From Spirochaetaceae bacterium (GTDB lineage Bacteria > Spirochaetota > Spirochaetia > DSM-2461), in NCBI GenBank assembly GCA_051531975.1, contig JAOPTT010000006.1:32656-96655 (forward strand): 64,000 nt of DNA. Reading direction: 5' to 3'. Every line of letters begins with the position of its first letter. Positions within the stretch are counted from its first letter, which is position 1. The translations under genes were made by a program, and so were the position numbers. Positions 48,603 through 59,795 of this stretch are shown here, piece after piece. Below the pieces are notes generated by a model that made no database searches, was not told the origin of the DNA, and worked only from the letters and a program-made list of their open reading frames with translations.

Positions 48603-49751
48603 ATGTTAAGTATCTGCTATCTCGTTTTAAAAGACGGAACAGTATTAAAAGGAAAAAGTTTTGGAGCAAATGCCCCACTTTCTAAAGATCTAATTTCAGG
48701 TAAGATAGATTCTGCAGCTGGAGAAGTAGTATTTAATACAAGTATGACAGGATATCATGAAATTCTTACTGATCCATCATACACAGGCCAGCTAGTTTTA
48801 ATGACATATCCCCATTTAGGTAACTATGGTTGTGACGATGTTTGGTCAGAAATCGGTCCTGAAGATAGTGGACGATGTGGTGTTAAACCTAGTGGTTTTA
48901 TTGCTAGAAGTTATTATGATGGTCCAATAGGACCAGGAAGAAAAACTCTTTCAACATTTCTTAAAAAAAATAATAAGTTTGGAATAACAGATATAGATAC
49001 TAGAGCTTTAACTCTTAAATTAAGAGACGAAGGTAGTTTAAATGCAGTTATTGTAAAACCTGAAAATGGTATTACTTTAGAAGACCCAGAGATTAAAGAG
49101 ACTCTAAATTATTTAGATACATTTCCATCAATGGCTGGAAGAAATCTTGTAGAAGAGGTTGGTACAGAGGTTGTTGTAATAGAAAACCCTAAAGGTAAAA
49201 CACATGTTGTTTTATACGACTGCGGTGTGAAAGCAAATATTGTAAGAGAATATGTAAAAAGGGACTGTAAAGTAACAATAGTTCCATCTACGACAAGTTC
49301 AACCAAGATGTTATCTCTTAATCCAGATTTAATTATGTTATCTAATGGTCCTGGTGACCCGGCAATGTTAACAGATCAAATTGAAACCGTTAAAGATTTA
49401 ATTGGAAAAGTTCAGTTATGTGGTATATGTCTTGGTCATCAGATTTTATCTTTAGCATTAGGTGCTAAAACATTTAAAATGAAGTTTGGACATCATGGTG
49501 GAAATCACCCTGTTAGAGATGAGTTTACTAGAAAAGTCTTTGTAACTTCTCAGAACCATGGTTTTGCTGTTGATGAAAAAACATTACCTAAAGGAGTAGA
49601 TGTATGGTTAGTTAATGCTAATGATAAATCTATTGAAGGAATAGTTAACAGAGAATTAAATATTCAATCTTGTCAGTTCCATCCAGAAGCTGCTCCAGGT
49701 CCTGAAGACTCAGAGTGGATATTCGATTCATTTATTAAGGGGTTAAAATAA
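48603..49751 (+). CDS. carA: Carbamoyl-phosphate synthase small subunit
   Basis: [41 protein letters not shown]. Confidence 0.97.
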   Translation: MLSICYLVLKDGTVLKGKSFGANAPLSKDLISGKIDSAAGEVVFNTSMTGYHEILTDPSYTGQLVLMTYPHLGNYGCDDVWSEIGPEDSGRCGVKPSGFIARSYYDGPIGPGRKTLSTFLKKNNKFGITDIDTRALTLKLRDEGSLNAVIVKPENGITLEDPEIKETLNYLDTFPSMAGRNLVEEVGTEVVVIENPKGKTHVVLYDCGVKANIVREYVKRDCKVTIVPSTTSSTKMLSLNPDLIMLSNGPGDPAMLTDQIETVKDLIGKVQLCGICLGHQILSLALGAKTFKMKFGHHGGNHPVRDEFTRKVFVTSQNHGFAVDEKTLPKGVDVWLVNANDKSIEGIVNRELNIQSCQFHPEAAPGPEDSEWIFDSFIKGLK

Positions 49752-52700
49752 TGCCAGCTAGAAAAGATCTTAAGAAAATATTAGTAGTAGGTTCAGGGCC
49801 AATTGTAATTGGACAAGCTTGTGAGTTTGATTATTCAGGTACTCAGGCTGTAACAGCATTAAAAGAAGAGGGGTATAATGTTATATTAGTTAATCCTAAT
49901 CCTGCAACTGTTATGACATCCCCTGGTATTGCAGATGCTATATATGTAGAACCGCTAAGAGCTGATTATGTAGAAGCTATAATTAAAAAAGAGAGACCTG
50001 ATGCTATTTTATCTACTATGGGTGGACAAACTGCATTAAACCTAACTATAGACCTAAACAATAAAGGTATATTAGAAAAATACGGCGTTGAAATTATAGG
50101 TGCCGGAATTGAATCTATTATGAAAGCTGAAGATAGAGGTCTGTTCAAGAAAGTTGTAGAGAAAGTTGGTTTAGACTCTCCTTATTCTGTTCTTGCAACA
50201 ACAATTGAAGAAGCTATTGCTTTAGAAGAAGAGATCGGTTTTCCATTAGTAATCAGGCCTTCTTTTACACTAGGTGGGATGGGTGGAAACATTGCTTTTT
50301 CCAGAGAAGAATTAGAAAGAATTATGACTAGGGCATTTGCAGAATCTCCTGTAGGTTCCGCTCTTGTTGAAGAGTCTTTAATCGGCTGGAAAGAGTATGA
50401 AATGGAAGTTATGCGTGATAAAAACGATAACGCTATCATTGTATGTTCAATTGAAAATATTGATCCTATGGGTGTTCATACTGGAGATAGTATAACTATT
50501 GCACCTGCTCAAACATTATCTGATAAAGAGTATCAAAAAATGAGAACTGGTTCTATCGATATCTTACGAGAAGTTGGTGTTGATTGTGGTGGTTCAAATG
50601 TTCAATTTGCAACTAAACCAGATTCAGATAGAATGATTGTTATTGAGATGAATCCAAGGGTATCAAGATCATCAGCTTTAGCTTCAAAAGCTACAGGTTT
50701 TCCAATTGCAAAATGTTCAGCTAAATTAGCCGTAGGTTATACATTAGATGAAGTAATGAACGAAATAACAGGTGTTACGGCATCTTGTTTTGAACCAGCT
50801 TTAGATTATTGTGCTGTAAAAGTTCCTAGATTTGAGATGGAAAAATTTCCTACAGCATATTCTGCACTTGGTACTCAAATGAAAAGTGTTGGTGAATCTT
50901 TAGCAATGGGTAGAACAGCATTAGAAGCTACAAATAAAGCTATTAGAGCTGCAGAATTTGGATACGATGGAATTACAGAGATGAAAGATCTTTCAGATGC
51001 CGAAATACAGACAATTTTAAGATCTGCTCACCCAAGAAGAATATTTGCAATTTATACTGTATTAAAACAAAAAGGTCCAGACGCAGTAATTGAGCTTAAT
51101 AAAGTTACAGGTTATGACAGATGGTTCTTATATATGATGTGTCAACTTTTAGAGTTAGAGACAAAAATTGAGACACAGGAACTGACTGCAGAACTCTTAG
51201 AAGAAGCTAAAAAAGCTGGAATATCAGATACCAGAATTGCAGAATTAACTAAAAAAGAGTCAAAAGACATAGAGTCCCAAAGAAAAGATATGGGTATTGT
51301 TCCAAGTTATCACTTTGTTGATACATGTGCAGGTGAGTTTACAGCACAAACACCTTTTTTCTATTCAACTTATGGTGAGATAAATGAAGGTGGACAGTTA
51401 TCAGACAATTCTGTAATGATTTTAGCATCAGGTCCAAATAGAATTGGACAGGGTTTAGAGTTTGATACCTGCTGTACCATGAGTACACTATCTTATAAAG
51501 CAAAAGGTCGGAAAACAATTATTGTTAACTCAAATCCTGAAACAGTTTCAACTGACTTTAAAATATCTGACAGACTATATATGGAACCATTAACACCTGA
51601 ATATGTTAAATCTATAATGGATAAAGAGGGTGTTAAGGACATTGTTGTTCAATTAGGTGGTCAAACACCTTTAAACATGGCAGAAGAGCTAGAAGCTTAT
51701 GGTGCTAATATCTTAGGTACAAGTGTAAAAGGTATTTTTGATACTGAAGATAGGGGACTGTTTGCAGATTTAGTTAGAAAACTAGGCTTAAGACAACCTG
51801 AAAATAGGATGGCAGGAAATTTTGAAGATGTTAAAAAATATGCTAAAGAGATTGGTTATCCAGTTCTTTTAAGACCATCGTTTGTAATTGGTGGAAGAAG
51901 TATGTTTATTGCTTATTCTGATGAGCAGTTAGAAGAGTTCACACATAAAGGTATTGATATCTCAGAAGAAAAACCAGTTTTAGTTGATCAGTTTCTTGAA
52001 AATGCATTTGAATATGATTTAGATGCAGTTTCTGATGGTGAAAATGTTTATGTTGGTGGAATTATGCAACATATTGAAGCTGCTGGTATTCACTCTGGTG
52101 ACTCTGCATGTGTATTCCCTCCATATAAATCGAATAAAAAAATTGAACAAGAGATGGTTGATGCTGCTGTTAAAATAGCAAAAGAAATCCAAGTAAAAGG
52201 ATTCTTGAATATACAGTTTGCATCAAAAGATGATGTTTTATACATTATTGAAGTAAACCCTAGAGCAAGTAGAACGGTACCATTTTTATCTAAAATATCA
52301 AGTATTAATATGGTTGACGCTGCTGTTAGTGTATGGCAAGGAACAAACTTACAGGAACAAGGTCTTGTTGGTGAGTCTGGTGTAGCAATTGGTAAATGTA
52401 CTTGTGGTTGGGCTGTAAAAGAAGCTGTATTTTCATTTGATAGATTTGATATGATAGACCCAGTATTAGGGCCAGAAATGAAATCTACTGGTGAAGCAAT
52501 AGGTACTGGTGATACTTTTGGAGAAGCTTTTAGTAAAGCTCAGGCATCTGTAGGGGCTACTCTACCAACATCAGGAACTGTTTTTATATCAGTAAATGAT
52601 AAAGATAAAGAAGCTGTCTTACCTGCTGCAAAAAAATTGTCTAAGTTAGGTTTTAGCATAGCTGCAACAAGAGGAACAGCTAATTTCTTATATAAAAACG

Positions 52701-52978
52701 GTGTATTAGCTGAAGTTATACAAAAGCTTCATCAAGGACATCCACATGCTGTTGATTATTTAGCTAGTGGTAAAATATCTCTTTTAATAAACACTCCAAT
52801 GGGTAGTGAATCAGAGGTTGCTGACGGTTACATACGTACTGAAGCCGTTAAGCTTAAAGTTCCATATACTACAACTATCAGTGCCGCAGAAGCTGCTGTA
52901 GAGGGTATTGATCACTTAATTAATAATGAGATTAAGGTTAGACCACTACCATCTATGAATGTAGAAATTACCTTATAA
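49751..52978 (+). CDS. carB: Carbamoyl-phosphate synthase large subunit
   Basis: [58 protein letters not shown] domain. Confidence 0.98.
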   Translation: MPARKDLKKILVVGSGPIVIGQACEFDYSGTQAVTALKEEGYNVILVNPNPATVMTSPGIADAIYVEPLRADYVEAIIKKERPDAILSTMGGQTALNLTIDLNNKGILEKYGVEIIGAGIESIMKAEDRGLFKKVVEKVGLDSPYSVLATTIEEAIALEEEIGFPLVIRPSFTLGGMGGNIAFSREELERIMTRAFAESPVGSALVEESLIGWKEYEMEVMRDKNDNAIIVCSIENIDPMGVHTGDSITIAPAQTLSDKEYQKMRTGSIDILREVGVDCGGSNVQFATKPDSDRMIVIEMNPRVSRSSALASKATGFPIAKCSAKLAVGYTLDEVMNEITGVTASCFEPALDYCAVKVPRFEMEKFPTAYSALGTQMKSVGESLAMGRTALEATNKAIRAAEFGYDGITEMKDLSDAEIQTILRSAHPRRIFAIYTVLKQKGPDAVIELNKVTGYDRWFLYMMCQLLELETKIETQELTAELLEEAKKAGISDTRIAELTKKESKDIESQRKDMGIVPSYHFVDTCAGEFTAQTPFFYSTYGEINEGGQLSDNSVMILASGPNRIGQGLEFDTCCTMSTLSYKAKGRKTIIVNSNPETVSTDFKISDRLYMEPLTPEYVKSIMDKEGVKDIVVQLGGQTPLNMAEELEAYGANILGTSVKGIFDTEDRGLFADLVRKLGLRQPENRMAGNFEDVKKYAKEIGYPVLLRPSFVIGGRSMFIAYSDEQLEEFTHKGIDISEEKPVLVDQFLENAFEYDLDAVSDGENVYVGGIMQHIEAAGIHSGDSACVFPPYKSNKKIEQEMVDAAVKIAKEIQVKGFLNIQFASKDDVLYIIEVNPRASRTVPFLSKISSINMVDAAVSVWQGTNLQEQGLVGESGVAIGKCTCGWAVKEAVFSFDRFDMIDPVLGPEMKSTGEAIGTGDTFGEAFSKAQASVGATLPTSGTVFISVNDKDKEAVLPAAKKLSKLGFSIAATRGTANFLYKNGVLAEVIQKLHQGHPHAVDYLASGKISLLINTPMGSESEVADGYIRTEAVKLKVPYTTTISAAEAAVEGIDHLINNEIKVRPLPSMNVEITL

Positions 52979-52986
52979 TAAAAATG

Positions 52987-53012
52987 TACCCAGAGTATAC
53001 TCTGGGTATTTT
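52987..53012 (+). terminator. Intrinsic terminator after carB
   Basis: Perfect 22-bp palindrome TACCCAGAGTATACTCTGGGTA followed by TTTT. Confidence 0.75.
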
Positions 53013-53024
53013 ATGGAGTATAAA

Positions 53025-53465
53025 ATGAAAAAAATAATATTAATTCTACTTAGTTTTTCTTTGTTATCATGTGTTACTACAATTGAAAATTTAAAAGATG
53101 AACCAGTAAAATATGCTGGGACAGTCGTTTCTATTAGAGGTGAAGTTACAAATAAAATAAATATACCTTTCACAGATTATTCATTGCTTGAGTTAACTGA
53201 TTCAACTGGCAAAATTATTATATTTTCTGTTAATGATTATAATAAATCTGATAAAGTTAGATTAAAAACTAAAGTAATTGCTTTTGATTCTGAGAACTTA
53301 GAACAATCAACTCAAAATATAATTAGTTCAATCGAGAATTTTTTAATTGAGAAATTATCTTCTGACAAAAAAAGCGTTAGTAAAGCTTCAAAAAATATAG
53401 GGAAAACAGTTTCTGCTATATTAAATAAAATTGAAGCTACTTATTTCTTAATTGAGGTAGACTAA
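53025..53465 (+). CDS. Lipoprotein with OB-fold-like N-terminal region
   Basis: MKKIILILLSFSLLSC lipobox; P.KY.G.VV.I.G.V...LTDSTG.I pattern; GGAG RBS before ATG 53025. Confidence 0.7.
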   Translation: MKKIILILLSFSLLSCVTTIENLKDEPVKYAGTVVSIRGEVTNKINIPFTDYSLLELTDSTGKIIIFSVNDYNKSDKVRLKTKVIAFDSENLEQSTQNIISSIENFLIEKLSSDKKSVSKASKNIGKTVSAILNKIEATYFLIEVD

Positions 53466-53467
53466 CA

Positions 53468-54043
53468 ATGGAAAAATGGAAATATAAATACTCTTTCTTA
53501 TCTGGAATACTCTTTCTTTTATCTTTTATTTTTAAAGAGATGGTTGTTAATAGTCCCAAAAATCCTTCTGTTATTGTTTTTATTGTTCCTTATATAATGT
53601 TAATTTTATATTCAATAGGACTTTTTATTGGTTTTTTAAAATATTCAAAATTAAATGATAGATATATTCTTTTTTCAGCATCATTTTTTGTAGCTCTTTT
53701 TTATTCAATTCTTGTTTTGACAGAGCTTATAGATCGGTTTGTATCTTTAAATGATATCTCTTATCTCCTAATTTTTTTACCTAATTTTCTATTTTCTGTA
53801 TCATTAATTTATTTTGCTGTAACACTTTTTATTCAAAAAAAGATTTATGGAAAATTAACAGTATTACAAGGTACATTTGCATTAGTATTAGGTTTATCTT
53901 TTCTAGTTCCATATCTTTATTTATTACGATTACCAATGTTTATACTGTTTTTTATATCAATAACTTATTTGATTTTAAAAAACGATAATAAACTAATAAA
54001 TAAAAATAAAGAACCAGACCTATTATCAAGAGGTAAATTTTGA
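53468..54043 (+). CDS. Hypothetical integral membrane protein (about 6 TM)
   Basis: Hydrophobic helices throughout. Confidence 0.7.
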   Translation: MEKWKYKYSFLSGILFLLSFIFKEMVVNSPKNPSVIVFIVPYIMLILYSIGLFIGFLKYSKLNDRYILFSASFFVALFYSILVLTELIDRFVSLNDISYLLIFLPNFLFSVSLIYFAVTLFIQKKIYGKLTVLQGTFALVLGLSFLVPYLYLLRLPMFILFFISITYLILKNDNKLINKNKEPDLLSRGKF

Positions 54044-54339
54044 GTCGTCAGTATAAAGAAGATGAAATGCTTAAATCAAAAGGGATCACTTATTTCCCAC
54101 CTGTAAAAGAATTTAAAGAAGCTTTGAGTATATATAACGAATGTGGTGGTATGATCATATCTTTAGAAGAAGACGGTTTTATGATAGATGAACCTGATAC
54201 CATATCTAAATTATATGATATTCCTAAAGAGCATCTAGAAATGTATTTTAAAGATGCTCTTAATAATAACTTGGAATCTGATGAAATAAATTCTATTATT
54301 TCAAAATGGAAAGAAGAAGAAATTAATTCTTCAATATAA
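54040..54339 (+). CDS. Hypothetical protein
   Basis: 99-aa acidic ORF; GAGGT RBS, TTG start overlapping the upstream stop. Confidence 0.6.
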   Translation: MSRQYKEDEMLKSKGITYFPPVKEFKEALSIYNECGGMIISLEEDGFMIDEPDTISKLYDIPKEHLEMYFKDALNNNLESDEINSIISKWKEEEINSSI

Positions 54340-54340
54340 T

Positions 54341-55942
54341 CTATACTTCATTTAACTCATCACCAAGCTTTTCTGCATAGTTTGATAACTCTTCGGACAT
54401 CTGTGTTAACTTAACCATCTCGTTGTGTACAGTTTTATTCCCATTAGAGATTTCATCCATACTACTATTTAAGGTTACTACAAAACTTCCCATTTCTGAG
54501 AAGTTCTTCATTACTTTATCATCATTAATTTGTACTACTTTTACAGCATCATTAACTTGAGCGGTCAAATTATTCATACTTGATGTTGCACCTAATAATT
54601 CATCACTACCAACTGACAGTTCATTTACACTAGTATTAATTTCATGCATAGCTTCATCAACATCTTTAACATTTTCACTAATTGATATAAAAGCATCACC
54701 ACTATTTTGCACATTTTTATCAGTAGTATTTATTGCAGATATTAATTCTTTTAATGTTTCACTAATCTGTTTTACATTCATAGCACTTGATTCTGCTAGT
54801 TTTCTAACCTCATCTGCTACAACTGCAAATCCTTTACCACTTTCACCTGCATGTGCAGCTTCAATTGCGGCATTCATGGCTAATAAATTTGTTTGACTAG
54901 AGATTTTTGATATAGTCGTAGTCATATTTTTTATGTTATCAATATGATCAATTACCTGCTGGAATGAGTCTTTCGTTTTACTTATAACAGCAGCTCCTGT
55001 ATCTGCAGTTGTTTTTAATTTAGCAACCGCAACAACTTTATTATTTATAATATTTGAAACATTTTTAATAGAAGCAACCATTTCTTCTAAAGATGCACTA
55101 GTTTCTACAATGTTAGCAGAAGTACTATCAGAAATCTTTTCAAGAGTTAATACACTTTCAGAAATTTGCTGTAAAGACTCTTCTGAAATATGGAATTGTG
55201 TACTTAGAGAAGTTACTTTGTCTTTTACTTGATTAACACTATTTTCAATTGTTGTTACACTATTTGTAGCTTCTTCAATATTATCTTTTATTTTATTAGT
55301 TTGTTTGAATTGAGAATTAGATTGCACAATAATTTCTTTTAATTTATCTTCTTTTTCTTCGCTCTCTGTAATTTTATCTAAAGTATCTGAAATTGTCTTG
55401 GATACAATAATTCCATATTTAATAAGTAATAATAAGGAGATTACATATATTACTAAAGGGGCTGTTAATTGTTGTTGTAATGTTCGTGTTAATTCAGTTA
55501 CTTCTTTAAACATAATTCTTCTAATAATATCTGAAAAATAAAAGACTGAATAAAAGATTATTATAATTTTATGTTGTTTTATGGTATTAGAAAATACAGT
55601 ACTTAATATCACTAACATTATACCAATACTTGCATAAACCATAAAATGTTGTTCCCCATTAATTTTATTCATCAAACCTGAAAGAACAATAATTCCAGCA
55701 AAAGTATATATTGTATATGAACAAGCTAGTTGATACTTTTTTTTATGTAATAAAAATAACGAAATTAACATTGCAACAATTATTAAAGAAAATAATCCAA
55801 ATACTAAATAATTTTTTGAGACAATATTATTAAGTAAAACTGGGAGCATTGCTATTGCAAGGCCTATGTTTAATACTTTTAAAATTGGAGCCTTCATTTG
55901 TGTTTCATAATCAGCATCTTTATATAACTCTTTTATTTTCAT
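54341..55942 (-). CDS. Methyl-accepting chemotaxis protein with integral-membrane sensor
   Basis: About 6 N-terminal TM helices; [35 protein letters not shown]. Confidence 0.93.
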   Translation of the reverse strand: MKIKELYKDADYETQMKAPILKVLNIGLAIAMLPVLLNNIVSKNYLVFGLFSLIIVAMLISLFLLHKKKYQLACSYTIYTFAGIIVLSGLMNKINGEQHFMVYASIGIMLVILSTVFSNTIKQHKIIIIFYSVFYFSDIIRRIMFKEVTELTRTLQQQLTAPLVIYVISLLLLIKYGIIVSKTISDTLDKITESEEKEDKLKEIIVQSNSQFKQTNKIKDNIEEATNSVTTIENSVNQVKDKVTSLSTQFHISEESLQQISESVLTLEKISDSTSANIVETSASLEEMVASIKNVSNIINNKVVAVAKLKTTADTGAAVISKTKDSFQQVIDHIDNIKNMTTTISKISSQTNLLAMNAAIEAAHAGESGKGFAVVADEVRKLAESSAMNVKQISETLKELISAINTTDKNVQNSGDAFISISENVKDVDEAMHEINTSVNELSVGSDELLGATSSMNNLTAQVNDAVKVVQINDDKVMKNFSEMGSFVVTLNSSMDEISNGNKTVHNEMVKLTQMSEELSNYAEKLGDELNEV

Positions 55943-56034
55943 TTTATTCCCCTATTTCAATAATATTTCATTACCTTTAATACATCAATTCTTTTTTTAT
56001 AGCGCCTATAGTTTCTATATGATAATATATTTTT

Positions 56035-57039
56035 GTGAAATGTTATTCTATATGTATAATTCTTATATTAATTACCTCTTGTTCAAAAAGTTATAAGGTT
56101 AATGAATTAAATCTATATAGTGGTGTTTCTGAAATAATAAAACTTGAAAATAATAATTTTGTTTTTTTAGCCAATTTAACAAATTTTAATAATATAATTA
56201 CTTTAAACTATATTTCAGATAGTGGTGAACTAATTAATGTATATCCACTTGATAAGTATACAAATACAGATGTCCAAGCAAATTTTATAAAATTAGTTAA
56301 TCAGAAAAATCAGTTAACGGTTTTTTACGAGAATAAAGGGCAAGAAATAATTGCTGAAAGTTTTAACAATTTACTAAGAACTAACTATATTAAGTTTATC
56401 CGGGACAAAAGTAGCTACGGGTCAATCTTTAAAATTGAAAACAATGCAAAACCGATATTTATTAGAAGTAAAAAAAACTATGTTAATACTAAACACAGTA
56501 ATTACAAATATAATTATTTTCTATTGAATAATAAACTAGAAGTCTTAGAAAATCACTCTATTGATCTAGGTGAATATTTTCCTAGGGGCATAACAGTATT
56601 TAATGATAAAATAATCTATTTTATTGATGACAGTAAACTATTTTTCTACAATATAAAGGATAAACAACATACGCCAATATATCAGTTTAAGAACGATATA
56701 CTTGATATAAAAATTATATCAGATAAGATGTTAATACTATTATTCGATGTTATATATATTGTAAATAAAAGTGGTGAAGTTACAAAAAGTTTTAAACTTA
56801 TAAAAAAGGGTAGTAGTTATTCTGCAAATAAAATAATTGAAACAAACAATAATGTAATAGTAGTGCAATTTAATTCAGAAAATGGATCAATGTTTAAAAG
56901 TTTTAATGTTCATGGAATACAGATGAGTGAATATTTTTTAAAAGAAAATATATTTGGAGATTCTTATCACTATAAATCTGAAAACAGTACATCATTTTTT
57001 TATTCAACTGCTGATAGTCTTTTTTTTAAGGATTTTTAA
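56035..57039 (+). CDS. Hypothetical lipoprotein, possibly beta-propeller
   Basis: ILITSC lipobox; short beta-strand repeats; very AT-rich. Confidence 0.6.
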   Translation: MKCYSICIILILITSCSKSYKVNELNLYSGVSEIIKLENNNFVFLANLTNFNNIITLNYISDSGELINVYPLDKYTNTDVQANFIKLVNQKNQLTVFYENKGQEIIAESFNNLLRTNYIKFIRDKSSYGSIFKIENNAKPIFIRSKKNYVNTKHSNYKYNYFLLNNKLEVLENHSIDLGEYFPRGITVFNDKIIYFIDDSKLFFYNIKDKQHTPIYQFKNDILDIKIISDKMLILLFDVIYIVNKSGEVTKSFKLIKKGSSYSANKIIETNNNVIVVQFNSENGSMFKSFNVHGIQMSEYFLKENIFGDSYHYKSENSTSFFYSTADSLFFKDF

Positions 57040-57073
57040 TTGTTTTATCACAACACTATTGATATAATTATTT

Positions 57074-57616
57074 ATGAAAAAAAGCTATGTTGTTATACTA
57101 TTACTTATATTCAGCTGTAAATCTGTTGATAATTGGGAAGAAAAGCCTGTTCTATTACAAAATACTGTGAAAGAAGCTAGTACATATGTAACTGAACAAA
57201 AAGCATATATAGAGTTAGTTCAAAGTCGACTCAACATGGATGTTAAAGAGAACCTATCTATTGAACAATTGGATCATCTACTAGCAGTAGAAAAAGATAT
57301 AACATTATCCTCTCAAAGAGTAATGAATAGTTGGTTTGATTTTTATTTAAAGTTAAGAGAAGACCCGGGTTTTTCAGAAGCGCTTAATGGTCATTATTAT
57401 CTGAAAAAAGCAATCACTGCACTAAACTTTAGTGAACAAATGAAACTAAAAAATCAAAATAAAACTTTAAGAGAAAGTAAGCTATATGATGAAATTAACC
57501 TATTGGAAGAGGAGTGCAGGTTATCTATAGGTGAAATTGTTGCATATAACAATACTCAACTTGATCCTGAATTTTATTATAAACAACTAAAAAAAATATA
57601 CAAACAAATTGATTAA
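57074..57616 (+). CDS. Hypothetical lipoprotein
   Basis: MKKSYVVILLLIFSC lipobox; helical. Confidence 0.7.
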   Translation: MKKSYVVILLLIFSCKSVDNWEEKPVLLQNTVKEASTYVTEQKAYIELVQSRLNMDVKENLSIEQLDHLLAVEKDITLSSQRVMNSWFDFYLKLREDPGFSEALNGHYYLKKAITALNFSEQMKLKNQNKTLRESKLYDEINLLEEECRLSIGEIVAYNNTQLDPEFYYKQLKKIYKQID

Positions 57617-58854
57617 TTTATATCTAGAATATTGAATCGATAATTCTGTGTAACGACACCATCTAGTTCAAATATTTTGTATATTACCCTCTTTTCTCCA
57701 AATTTTAAAGGTAAATCCTTTTTAGTCATTAGTTTAATATTTTTAGCATATTTAAGAATATTGAACTCATCATACCACTCTAGCTGTCCCTCAAAAATAT
57801 TTATTTGTTCCTTACTTTTATTACTTAATAAAACTGCAAATGTCAAATAATTAGAAGTCACACCTGTTGTTATTGTATATTCTATCTCGTGAATTTCAAT
57901 TTTTCTTTTTATATTAATAGGTAATATAAATTCTAAAGGTTTAAGTTTTTCTCTCTCTTTCCCAGGTGCTGATTCTATCTTTGTTATCTCAATCAATATA
58001 AGAGATATATTAGGGCTATTTCTTAGAGCACTTTTGGTTATACTAAATGGTATAGTTTCATTTTTGTAATATTCTATCAATTGTGGAGTAGAGAACTTTT
58101 CATTAATTAAAATATTATTATCTTTATCAAACCATTTTACAAAACCTTCTAAATATAAAATATTTTCGGTTTCAGATACTACTTCAAAGCTAAGTTCGTG
58201 TAAAAAATTATTAGTACCTTGATTCATTTTGGATTCAATAATAACAATATGTGGTTCAGAAGTATGATAAAACTTTTTAACTTCTGTTTTAATTTCACCA
58301 GGGGATAAATTGCTATTAGTGCTATAATTTGTAGTTATATTGTTTGATTGTTTTGGAACAAAAATAACGAATAACATTATAATAATTGGTAATAGAAATA
58401 TTAATAACCATAATTTTTTTATCTTTTTTTTTACTTTGTTGTTATTTAGTTTTTTTAATTTTCTATATAACTTTTTATCAACAATTTTTATTTTTTTTAT
58501 TACTAAATCTAGGGATTCTAAATCAGTTGAGTCATCACCAATTACTCTGTTTTTCTCAGCTAAAATCATATAATATAATTCAAGAATATTACTATTAAAT
58601 GGAGTTTTATACATAGCTTCTTCAATATTCGTTAATGCTTTGTTCCAATCCCCAAACTCAAAATCATTTTTTGCAGAATCGTAGTTTAAATTGGCTAGTT
58701 CATCTATTTTATCTAAATCTTCAACTTCTAATTTATGCTTATTTTTTAATATTGTTAAATCATTTAATGAAGTTATTTTATTATTGAGTACAAGATCTCT
58801 TAACTCTCTTGTATAAGACTTCAAGTTGTTTGAATTGTTTGATTTTTTATCCAT
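57613..58854 (-). CDS. Bitopic membrane protein: TPR-like N-terminus, TM, two repeated beta domains
   Basis: YDSAKNDFEFGDWNKALTNIEEAMYKTPFN TPR; TM LWLLIFLLPIIIMLFVIFV; repeats EGFVKWFDKDNNIL and EGQLEWYDEFNIL. Confidence 0.7.
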   Translation of the reverse strand: MDKKSNNSNNLKSYTRELRDLVLNNKITSLNDLTILKNKHKLEVEDLDKIDELANLNYDSAKNDFEFGDWNKALTNIEEAMYKTPFNSNILELYYMILAEKNRVIGDDSTDLESLDLVIKKIKIVDKKLYRKLKKLNNNKVKKKIKKLWLLIFLLPIIIMLFVIFVPKQSNNITTNYSTNSNLSPGEIKTEVKKFYHTSEPHIVIIESKMNQGTNNFLHELSFEVVSETENILYLEGFVKWFDKDNNILINEKFSTPQLIEYYKNETIPFSITKSALRNSPNISLILIEITKIESAPGKEREKLKPLEFILPINIKRKIEIHEIEYTITTGVTSNYLTFAVLLSNKSKEQINIFEGQLEWYDEFNILKYAKNIKLMTKKDLPLKFGEKRVIYKIFELDGVVTQNYRFNILDIN

Positions 58855-58899
58855 ATCATATTATAATCTTTTTTATGGACTATTTAAATAGGAGTCAAT

Positions 58900-59790
58900 T
58901 TGAAAAGCTTAATACTTTATCCTGAAAATGATAGATATGTATTAAAAAGAATTTTTAAAATATTTAATTCTCAAAATATAAAAGTAGATGCAAGCATGAT
59001 TAACAGAAGTTGGACTTTAGATCAACTAGCTACTATATATTCAGTTCTAGATAACTATACTCATTTAATAATCATCATATCTTCGGAATGTTTTAAAGAA
59101 GCCTGGTTAGCAGGTTTATTAGGTTATCTATCAGGTTCCAATAAAGGCTGTTTTTTTTATTTTACAGAAAATGATGATAGTAATTTTAAACTATTTTCAA
59201 AATATCCAAACGGTCAGGGATATAATGAAGTTCAATCCTATGCAGAAATTGAATCTGTGCGTTGGAGTAAGGTACAAAAGAAAGAAGAGGCTCGAAACCA
59301 CTTAATTGATATGGGTTTTGCTTTAAGTGACGACTCATTAGGAGAGTGCATTGTTTCTGGTCATGTTAGTATTGTAAAGAAGTATATAGACGCTGGTTTT
59401 TCTTGCTCAACAAGAAATTCAAAAGGTGTTCCAGTTTTATGTCTAGCAATAAGAAGCAATCATCTAGAGATTGTAAAATTCTTAATAGATCTTGGAGCTG
59501 ATATAAATGCTATTAGTGACGATAGAAATAACACTCCTATTATGGATGCATCATCATCTGGTTATATGGACTCTGTAAAATTACTTGTTTCAGAAGGTGC
59601 AGATTTAGAGTGTCAAAGTAAAAATGGGCAAACTGCACTAATTTTAGCTGTAGGTCATGGTGATATTGAGTTATCAAATTATTTATTAAGCGCTGGTGCT
59701 GATTATGAGATTAAAGATTTTTTAGGTATGTCTGCTAAGGCATACGCAAAACTTTTTAATAAACCTGAGATTTTAGAGTCAATGATTTAA
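58900..59790 (+). CDS. Ankyrin-repeat protein with N-terminal TIR-like alpha/beta domain
   Basis: Ankyrin repeats GVPVLCLA, NNTPIMDA, GQTALILA, GMSA; N-terminal beta-alpha domain. Confidence 0.85.
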   Translation: MKSLILYPENDRYVLKRIFKIFNSQNIKVDASMINRSWTLDQLATIYSVLDNYTHLIIIISSECFKEAWLAGLLGYLSGSNKGCFFYFTENDDSNFKLFSKYPNGQGYNEVQSYAEIESVRWSKVQKKEEARNHLIDMGFALSDDSLGECIVSGHVSIVKKYIDAGFSCSTRNSKGVPVLCLAIRSNHLEIVKFLIDLGADINAISDDRNNTPIMDASSSGYMDSVKLLVSEGADLECQSKNGQTALILAVGHGDIELSNYLLSAGADYEIKDFLGMSAKAYAKLFNKPEILESMI

Positions 59791-59795
59791 AAAAG

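Noticed and set aside
52987..53008. Perfect 22-bp palindrome as a mobile-element end or operator
   Set aside because: Single copy, directly after the carB stop and followed by Ts, so best explained as a terminator.
58400..58500. Poly-T tracts as phase-variable repeats
   Set aside because: They encode a Lys-rich juxtamembrane segment on the minus strand, the frame is intact, and such runs are common at this AT content.
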